A DNA stretch of 52,105 nucleotides from Candidatus Falkowbacteria bacterium (GTDB lineage Bacteria; Patescibacteriota; Patescibacteriia; CAIXNZ01). Shown here piece by piece: positions 44,501 to 51,300 of the stretch (positions within the stretch are counted from its first letter, which is position 1; each line of letters begins with the position of its first letter). The translations under genes and the position numbers were made by a program. The stretch lies in the NCBI GenBank assembly GCA_903920975.1, contig CAIXNZ010000023.1, forward strand, positions 1 through 52,105. The letters run 5' to 3'. The notes beneath the pieces are model-generated. The model saw only the letters and a program-made list of their open reading frames with translations, had not been told where the DNA came from and searched no databases.

Positions 44501-45353
44501 TGCGGTCAAAGAATCAATTGCTAAATTATCTGTTCAGGCTCAGGCCGAGGGTACGGTCAGCAGCCCGGCCCAAGCCCCTTTTACTGTCTATACATTGTTG
44601 TGTGAAAATCCCTGGCCGTCATTCAATGAAAAATTTCCGGTTTCTTCAATTATCAATGCTTATAATTATCAGACCTATTATTGCCGTGACGCCGGACCGC
44701 CCGGACCTGACGGTGATTTGCCGGCAGCCAAATACTTAAGCCCACAGGGCCAGAATATTTTAGCTAATACTGATTTTGAGAACGGCAATCTGGGCAGTTG
44801 GCTAGCCTTAGACGGGCTGACAACATTTGATTTACAACCTGTTTATGGAGATATAACTAATATCAGAGATGGTGCGCCCAGTAATTTGCAGGGCAGTTGG
44901 TGGTTAAATACCCAAGAAAATTTTCATAATTATCCCTGGCAGAATGTTAAGGATCCGGGACAAGGCTTATCATCATTAGGTGTTTTATCTTCCCAGGCCT
45001 TTATAATAGAGGGCGATCAAATTAAATTTAGAATCGGTGGTAGTAATAATGCCTGGGATCCTCTTGGCGGAGAATCCGGGGGATTAGCGTCAGCACCTAG
45101 CGGTGTTACTGCCGTGACTCTAGAAATAAAAGATCCTAAAGACCCAGATATTAATAAGCAGGATAAATTTTACGTTAAATATCAAGCAACTGGCGCTAAC
45201 AGCCCGACAATGACAGAGAAGACCTTTGATGTTAGCGGCGATGTTGGTAAAATTGGTATTATAAGAATTTATGACAATAATGCTGGCGGTTATATTGCCT
45301 TTGATGATTTAAAACAGTGGAAAGCCGGTAAAAGAATAGATATCAAATATTAA
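35490..45353 (+). CDS. giant surface protein (3287 aa): pilin-like module + Cys-rich region + at least 9 IPT/TIG-like domains + Ig-like domains + LamG + C-terminal CBM-like domain
   Basis: Uninterrupted 9.86-kb ORF that overlaps the upstream stop by 11 nt (alternative ATG at 35511). Recurrent (I/L).(I/L).P..G..G..(V/I)(T/Y)I.G.NFG motifs at about 36980, 37600, 37940, 39175, 39480, 39900, 40180, 41755 and 42840. LamG-like ...LTMSAWI...VAVS...FYINGV...G.(V/I)DEVR(V/I)YN at about 41900-42540. N.DFENGNL.GW at about 44760. Confidence 0.9.
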   Translation: MDNNDFFMLKNWQKILIITPIIILAVFLFASQINAQTLDVGINYAAGAGLPTTDIRVTIANIIRVMLGLLGVVAVGLIIYGGVIFMTAQGMPEKIDKAKKILIGATIGLVIVLSAFAIASFILNQILQQGGPGPGPTCNNNGTCEAGETHASCPNDCPEIPTCTGPSCYTPPPGLCDDPNPSDGLPWLCLDPNQSIRGQAITVYAGKIDTATTGKIYFQAKEGNPDTNAKYEVEILKCKDTDPAWFVRRDSVLSKAVIKVPESLILTDNKYKLVVENAADENGNITSTANKSWGGFGGSGKDIFTLTSETSSTDPILICLLKDSPTDGEEIYRAKTGDTRYLLGNRFPANTTDNSVTYDNVNSELKGASEPRPGIIALENLVPQALSGYIQLTTSGKKSNRLYNTIYCDTNNECVSGCCAANTCKTARYCASGEGEGCKTTCADSGCQPDLYCDNTCKCRSIGEDASCSSSTTSCVPKVDFCGQDLYCSTSRECKCQYNPIITKIDPSDGAVGNYVTVIGQGFGNVKGTGEIYFSHLTGTTKDFIAAKVPAGCGADNTWTDKWAIVEIPEGAITGPVKIINSDNKEYIYATGFSVNDTVRPALCNVTTAADCATEPPTDDLNKYRKGEFSTPVLLCGKNFGATKTTVSKAVIGGTDFGGTAWLWADALISNLTIPNLQPATLPVQVKVGQVNSNPYNFIVLSTAKAPKIDNLDPNFGPTGQYITIMGSNFGTTNGTVKFYKDTTGAWITADTNFGQKCTTFGYWHDSYIVVKVPGGLDIGAEKSKIQVTTSKGASSNSVNFSPCNANTTTCALKPGICAIAPSQAPTGYNPINIYGENFGDFGVNSQINFSDKKRVTEPGDLTTYWAKTQVSGITVPNGAITGPVQLTDVNGIVSNRYPFEVTDCRNELKTYCSKFDTDNPKKTFICCQKDGICKTEAECKGPTAAQCSYNYSFMTGKYFGPPRVVERILCDTNTQSPSPWRESKNNCINAGITVAFNQEMDLSALLDGGLMIEDCTNDNFDFDRNICASKTISGDLQLSGDLETELDKINKFSFFPAENFVPQHWYRVTLVANYVKSKDGVPLDGNNDGDAGGNYSWNFKIKDSTEECKPENIVVNPQEVTLEKIDQTKNYYAFAQTQICNVLNGNLYDWWWYKMYDGEREIDKCATGDLCIATISRNDIMPPPNGNKLNDPNQIATAKKQGRTFVGAELPAFDVRDQDNLLNIDLKIPEITSIWPDNGDVRPEVVTSVAIHGKNFGKVQGTSKVFFEDSAKNRIEAEFADCVNPWSDTDIMVKVPINVVTGSYLVVQTYYGEGKSTDTFQLSQNIYPFLCALQPNYGKENASVNVSGWNFGDSNKTIFGGKEFNIGSNLFFDNTVFENNKLKTWTNNLLTFNNPINVSPNPQIPVRVSIDPLSEPYVDLPKLGIFTSGDEYADLNTNSQYDKAIYPVKDKVGTTRNEQLLYSNELTFTLAPVITALSPNNGPINQWVTIYGYNFGNNEGEVYFADKKATLAPCQTKTWTNNFIIAIVPAGAKTGDVYIKTEIGIESNRQRFTVNTKPLGAGLCSITPAQGSIGEVVYAFGDRFEEPPSGEIQPADSDLIFTSNINAPISLWSNQNIVAKIPTGSTSGDVIVNKKVIVGQACVGFHIAGFCPSNTYENAYEMAPSNAVPFTVLKDICTSGYIARVDKGLAPGRPNWNARDNGFPVEVTDKNGQSLSDPNIYLNIVTIDSASAGAYLFTAPHYYIYYYGSSWGASVPDRKNTIYKIGTGYKDTELGRLYKKYVYDQSLNTPTTSPMGVNFATHSWYAESSYYMSPFTSLISIAGNLYATSPTRWVTDDNWYIPKIVFHDEISKGEDTYAYGFEFVKVPQPLIISNNADLGGVGYLINSPNFLITSNGKNIFVISYDLPGSPISDLKGYTIQVLDENWKEVEKFEVPNLPQTSYDYINFSNIYYATGIILGGAIADEQNIYLRNQSWNYRLLQVINWQQKKWLTTYLDDAYFGGISGTTLFYPGQYDWFNNKYWFGPYGKPDTTLFKDPTIPNKKYNLLYSFSACAIGAGESKDPRTCITDADCIACGTGLSRCVKGLCTPVINNFTPPQGAIGTYTTITGCYFGCREGEVWFTGKKNSSDVYANNESTFYQFNNTNDSSSNKYDLVLKETAVVEGGVLKLDGNSYAMTTRNVDLNARGDEMDSGLTMSAWINIPVGTPSGTYEIVTQGGGNWNPYNYWGVYVNGSWGLTFYSSLGNQPFNNKLIELGQWTHVAVSAWYSKKDDTTYFKFYINGVEKWSSAKPGNLIPTTRNNIPLMIGAIQWSAPSLTYKPEHRFSGEVDEVRVYNSALVFDEIKRIYDFGYENDNIRNTEGYNKKGIKISKPECKDLWKCSGSYDGTTFDQVTIELPARATTSSADDAITGPIEIVSAEKLMDNTEHLPLGTPPQDKNFIVNDILPPGLACLLPDNGEKLTKVRAVGDYFGDTAGTNDFINFKQDDKAEGLKISSFITSAERSDCPASGWSMGSICFAVPNEIEDIKDNWVSVIKNAVFGNELSWTYNMGLCGNGVINKPSENCDGVVPPPIITDDERIDICKKLFSTDYPLEQIISCTVQCAACDLKFCVGNDCRSTKELCGNQTIEFYKDIHEEDCDGTNLNNKSCEKLGYGPGDLACYAPAATNQCKFDYSDCKYGAPKVQSTVPANGGPFCRNGIIDIYFDSQIDLTTITKSNFVIGTCTPTLSGLAYKSEEKGIFAYLKNIAKKLLGFSTPASAEEVNVGGSTCDMFASTDYFLRTTNLYGRTQVSIISKGTKKLLDPATVYTVGIISGANGVKNLNGVPLDISNSPIANIGEAYAFEFKTMGTSADSQSGICSVKSIKFNVYRQSFNINDTTCSADGSCGVDPCLDGTCSSRIAEVRNNDLFICAGKDDCELDIDFDQDNQTGGNQHIYQAIAQYLGGMTLKATYTWSKTDKLDPKKVLSLYNNQTYDNGETDGNTIEPPDPYKVRNSNGIVYVTAAAVKESIAKLSVQAQAEGTVSSPAQAPFTVYTLLCENPWPSFNEKFPVSSIINAYNYQTYYCRDAGPPGPDGDLPAAKYLSPQGQNILANTDFENGNLGSWLALDGLTTFDLQPVYGDITNIRDGAPSNLQGSWWLNTQENFHNYPWQNVKDPGQGLSSLGVLSSQAFIIEGDQIKFRIGGSNNAWDPLGGESGGLASAPSGVTAVTLEIKDPKDPDINKQDKFYVKYQATGANSPTMTEKTFDVSGDVGKIGIIRIYDNNAGGYIAFDDLKQWKAGKRIDIKY
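35595..35876 (+). other. pilin-like two-TM module, copy 2
   Basis: TLDVGINYAA...DIRVTIANIIRVMLGLLGVVAVGLIIYGGVIFMTAQGMPEKIDKAKKILIGATIGLVIVLSAFAIASFIL, followed by a GGPGPGP linker. Confidence 0.7.
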
Positions 45354-45364
45354 AATAGAAATTT

Positions 45365-48300
45365 ATGAATCATACGGAAAAGAAAAATAAATACTTGCTA
45401 CTAATTTTTGCTTTATTTTTATTATTGCCAGCCAGTGCTTTGTGCCAAACCAATACCAATCAAGCACCGTCAGTGGGAACAGTTGAAAATCTTTCCACCT
45501 TAAAGCAGTACTGGTTTCCGATTGCTTCATATGAAGAAGTCGGCACACCCATTAGCCGCCCAGGCGCTGAATGCGAAAGTGTTGTTACTTTTGCAACTGA
45601 CGATACTCCGCTTAGTTGTGCTGCTCTGCCTTCTACCAATGCCCCAATTGTCAAACTTTCCAATGGGGGAGCTTTAACATCTGGTACAGCAAAATTGAGC
45701 TATGCATTCACAGTCCCCGCCGCAGGCAGTTATGACTTTAAAATAAAAGTCTCCAATGATGCGGATAATTTTTCCAAATTAAGCCGTGAACAAATAGATT
45801 ACATTCTGGCCAATGACGCCAATCACGATAATGTTTCTTATCAAATTGATTCTGCCAATGGTAATCTGACTGTTATGGAATATAGCGATTATGCCGGCAG
45901 TCTGGCCAGCAACGCCAAATATAATACTTTTCGCAGTATGATATTTAGTGTTTATATTGATGGCGAAGATGTTCAGCACAGAAAGGGCTTTATTGTGGTT
46001 AAAAATACTGACCCCAGCCAGCTTCAGGAAAGCTCAGTGGCCTTAGGTTCTTTAGAGACGGGTCAGCACACTGTTTATTTGCATTTTTTAAGTGATTATT
46101 ATTTTGAATATCAAAGTGGCGCTCTGCCTAGCGGCTTTAAAAATTTTGCCACTACTGATTTAAATAAGGGAAGATGTTTGGGGGGCGCTAAGGCCGGAGC
46201 AGAATGCTCTATTGATAATGATTGTCCTGAAAGTGCTTGTCAAAAAAGCTTGGACACCAATCCGGTAATTTATTCAGTGGCGATTAATACTGTTCAGCCC
46301 TCCCTAGACGTAATCGGCATATTAGTATTTCCTAATCCCAAATCATTGGATCCTTTGACCTGGTACAATGAAAATACCATAACTCCTTCAGCAGATGTTG
46401 AGCAAATTACAGTTGATGGCTATCGCGCTGTCAGGGATGATCACACTGTTTATGTTGATGCCGCCAATATTGATGCCAATGACTCTTTTTATACCAATAT
46501 TTATGTTATTGCTTACAATCTGGGGGCGCCGGCGCCAACCGTGGCTATTTTTAATCAAATGCTTGATAATTGGGTTTTTAACACAAATGTAATTGCTCTG
46601 GATCCATTAGTCGGAGAAACAGCCAAAGACAAATTGCGCCGTGATACCATTAGAAAATCAGATTTATATAATATTCAGCAATTATTAGAAAAATATAAGG
46701 CGGCAAATTCGGGTAAATATCCGGCTTTTGAAGCCGGCACTTATATCAAAGACCATACTATTTCTACTTGGCCTTCCTGGCAGGCAACGCTGGGCAATAA
46801 ATTGGGTTCTGGTTTGCCTGTTGACCCGTTAAACATAATGACAATAGATAATCGCGAACCTTATGATTGTAATAATCCAGTGGAAAAAGCCAACTGCCAG
46901 AGCATTTGTTCCAGAGATGAGGGAGGCAACCCACTAACCGGCTGTCCGAGCAATCAGCAATGCGTTGGCAATCAATATTGCAGTATGTGCGAGCCGGGCT
47001 ATGATGCTCAGACTTGCTGGGATAAAGTCGCGACCAAATTTGCCTTCCCTGATATTTTTTCCGGTTGTGATTTGCCGCGGACAAATATTTATAATGGAGC
47101 ACTCAAGCTCGGCGCCTCAACCTGCACATTAGGTAAGACAGATACTGTTCCGTCCAAGCCATACTCTTTTGACGGAGCATATGTTTATCAATATACGGCC
47201 AAGGATAATGGCACAACCTACCTATTGAATTATCGACTGGAATACAAGGCCCCTGTTTGTTCGGCTGACCAGTGCTCTTTTGAGGGCACTTGTTATCAGG
47301 CAGGCAGTTGTTTGTATAATCCGCTAAACGAAGTTACGCCCATATATCCTAATTACAAAAATACCCAGTGCTTTTTAGGTCGCTGGGATAATTCCTGCAA
47401 TAACGGCATTGTCCAGACAGAATGCGGCGAAGAGTGCGATCCTGGAGCGCCAACTGATACGCTTAGTTCGTATTGCGATGTGAAATTTGGTTCTCATGAC
47501 TGGTACAATGAGGCAAATATTAATGCTTCTTGTACTGATCAATGCGTTTATACGGCGCCAAGTGGTACGGTTGAAGCCTATACCAAAGATCCCACATTAT
47601 TAAATTGCGGCGGTTTTTGCGGTGATAAAATTTTACAGTCGGAATACAAAGAAAGTTGCGACCAGGGTCCCGGCGGCATTGTTCCTACGCCAGATCAGAT
47701 AGTCGGACGCATTAATGGCGTGGAAGTGAGGGGTGCGGGCGGCACCAGTCAAAGTCTGCAATATCGATGTTCAGCAACTTGCCAGCCAGATGGCGGGTTT
47801 TGCGGTGACGGCCTGTTGCAGTCTGAATTTGAACAATGCGATAAAGCCAATTATATTACGCCAACGCCACAAGAAACAACAGAAGCAGTTGAGGGTGCTA
47901 AGCCCCAGTATGCCTGCGGCAAAATAAGCTCGGGCAAGGATTGTCAATTTAGCGGCGGTTTTTGCGGCGACGGCACTGTTCAAGATAAATATGGCGAGGT
48001 CTGTGATGATAAAGTAGGCATAGCCTGTAGTATTGACTCGGACTGTCCTGCTAAAACCTGTTCCAATACTTGTGCCGGAGGGGATAATGCCGACAAACCC
48101 TGTGCTGGCAGTTCAGATTGTCCAAAAGGAAGCTGTACTCCTGCTAAGCGCGTTTGCACCAGCAAGAACTGTAATCAATATTGCAAAGGCACTTATTGCG
48201 GCAATGGTGTGGTTGAGAGCCCTAATTCCAAAGGCGTAAATGAGGTTTGTGATTGGGCATCTGATCCGCTTTGTTCGCAGGATTGCCAGCATATAAAGAT

Positions 48301-51300
48301 GGGCGGGACTTGCACTGATTCAGTCTACAATCACAATTGCATCGGGGGAGCTAATAACGGCAAGGGATGCAGTACTAATGCAGATTGCCCCGGCGGAACT
48401 TGTTCCACGCCTTGTAACCCGCAAACAAATCCTGACACCTGCAAACTTTGCGATAAAAATTTGTCTTGTTCGGTCAGGAATTTTGGCGACCTTGATTTAA
48501 AATGCCTGGGTACGCGTGGCAGCTTTGGTTGTACCAGAAATGATGATTGTATCTCGGGTTATTATTGCGACAGCCAAACCACTAAATGTGAAATGGAAGC
48601 TTCAACTTATTTAACGTACCGTGCGCAGGATATTTTGCGATTATATTTCCCAGGTGTTCCCAGAATTTATATTGATACAAATCCTTCCATCTGTCCTAAA
48701 CTGGAGATTGTGGCCTTGAGCCAGGATAAATCAGCGGTCTTTGATTTATGCTCCGGCCTGTCCTGGGATTCTGCCGATAAGATTTCTAAAGACCAGTGGA
48801 AATACACAGACGCCCAAAACGCCTGCACAGGTATATTCAAATTGCCGACGATTGCCGAGCTTTATAGTTTAGTCAGTCAGACGAATTTGGGCACTGGCAT
48901 TGATTTCAAGGAACAAGCCAATGCCTTGAAATTATGCGGCCTAAGATGCGGCTATAATCCCAAAGATCCGGCCACGCTTTGCATTAATTGCGGCGATGAT
49001 AACTATATTTATTGGTCCAGCACTTGCAGCCAAAAAACAGGGACGACCTGCAATAAAGCGCTGGCCGTGAATTTCAAATATGGCAGCGTTGAAGAATATG
49101 ATGTTAGTGAAGGCTTGAAAGTTCATTGTAAGAGAGAGGCACAATGCGGCAATGGCACGATTGAAGAAGGCGAAAATTGCGAATTTTATGTTGATGCTAA
49201 CGGCAAATTGCTTGAGCAAAACATTGCCACCAAATGCACTGATCAGGGCTATGATGGCGGTTTTGTGCATTGTGACCCCATTAGTTGTATCCGCAGATAT
49301 GATAATTGTTATTTAAATTCTGTGCTTGGCCAAAACTGCGGAACCATTTGCCAGAATAAAAAGAAGCTGGCCTGTAAATCAATCGGGCTTAATAATGATA
49401 AGGATAGATTTGAAATTACTGAAACCGGTTCAGTCATAGCGCAAACAGCCGATAATCAATTATTATATACAAAAGATGTAAATAATTGCGTCACTAATTA
49501 TACAGAGGCAGGACAAGGCGGTTGTGACAGAGTTTTTAATCAGATTGGCGATGGCAAGTGTAATATCAGCGGTAGTCTGGCGCCATTTTTGGCCGAATAT
49601 TCATATTGTAATTGTGATGAAATTTTCAGCGCAGAATCTTGCGTACCAAATACTTGCGATGAGCTTGAAGTGGGGTGCGGCGCGACTCCTAATGGCTGCG
49701 GCGGCACAATTGCCAATTGTGGCAATTGTCCAGGTGGCAACTGCGAAGCAGGCAAATGTATAGCCTGCACGCCAAGTTGCAGTTCGGGCGCGAGGTGTAC
49801 TGGCAACAATCTTGAAGAATGTATAACTGAAGCGCAAAATTCCTGTTTGCATTGGGTTCAAACAAAGACCTGCGCTGCTGATAGAGATTGCAGCGCAACT
49901 CTAAAAACTTGTGTCAAAAAGTGTCCTGATAGCTGCACGGTTGGAGTGTCACAATGCGATGGCACCAATGCTTACAAAACCTGTGTAGCGCCGTTGGACC
50001 CCATAAATAATTGTCCCGACTGGTCAGTTTCGTCTACTTGCCCAACCGGCCAAACCTGTCAGGATGGAGCATGCAAATGTCCAACGGCAATTTGTACCAA
50101 GGATGCGACAAGATGTTCTGGCAATGATCTTGAAAAATGTATAGAGGATGCGGCAAATGGTATTTGCGCCCATTGGATTACCGAACCGGCCTGCAGCGGC
50201 GGTCAGACCTGTCAAAGCGGAGCGTGCGCTTGTGCTACTGGGTATAAAGATTGCAGTGGCACGTGCATACTTGACGCAAACTGTTGTAATGCCGATGACT
50301 GTTCAGCTATTTCGGGTCAGATTTGCAAACTGGATGGCAGTTGCGACTGCTCCGCAGGATATAAAGTCTGCGGTACTTCCTGCATTCCAACAGCAAATTG
50401 TTGTACCAGCGCTGAATGCACGGCGATTTCTGGTCAGACCTGTCAAAGCGGAGTTTGTGCCTGTTCCTTAGGAAATAAAGTCTGCGGTACTTCCTGCATT
50501 CCAACAGCAAACTGCTGCACTAATGCTGACTGCGCTGTTGACCAGACCTGCAATACTACGACCAAACAATGCGTGAGCTCTGCCAAAGCAATCACTGCTT
50601 TCACTATTCCTTCCCAAGTCGGCACAACAACAATCAATGAGAGTGCTAAAACAATCGCAGTGACCATGCCTCCTGGCACTAATGTGACTTTATTAACTCC
50701 AACCATTACTATTTCTGCAGGAGCATCAGTTAATCCAGCTTCTGGCACAGCCCAAAATTTCACCAGTCCAAAATCATATATTGTTACCGCGGCAGATGGT
50801 TCAACCCAGGCATATACGGTAACGGTTACAGTCATGGTTGGAACAGCCATAACGATTACTAATACCACTACTGAAGCACTAACAGATTATCAGGTAAAAT
50901 TTACTTTAGCATATACTAGCTCCATTCCCACTCAATTAAATATTACTAACCAAAGCGGAACAAAAATACCATATTATATTGATACTACAGTTACCACTAA
51001 TCCAAGACCAGTATATGTAAAGGTCCCATCAATACCGGCAAAAGTAGCTGGTACAAATGGTACTGCCACAATATATGTGGCCAAACCAATAACAGGCTCT
51101 TCTTTAGCCTCTGATGGCCCAGGAACTTTTGATCTGTTTCAGGATTTCTCGACTGGTGGTATTGGCAATCTTACATTACTTGGAGGTCAAGATAATTGCC
51201 CCCCCGGTGGCTCATATAGTTGCTGGGGAATGTATACGCTTCCTAGCGGCGCCCAAGGTTATCCCTGTAATGCCGATGTAAATGGAGCATCTTATTATGA

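Noticed and set aside
1043-51000. The many 60-140-aa ORFs in the track that lie antisense to, or out of frame within, the long genes. Examples: 1043-1273, 4921-5235, 6110-6478, 8918-9295, 11666-12070, 14024-14431, 22867-23223, 32857-33288, 36143-36550, 46764-47102, 50443-50868.
   Set aside because: They are fully embedded in well-supported CDS. They have no RBS or promoter, and their composition is what is expected from the opposite strand of real genes.
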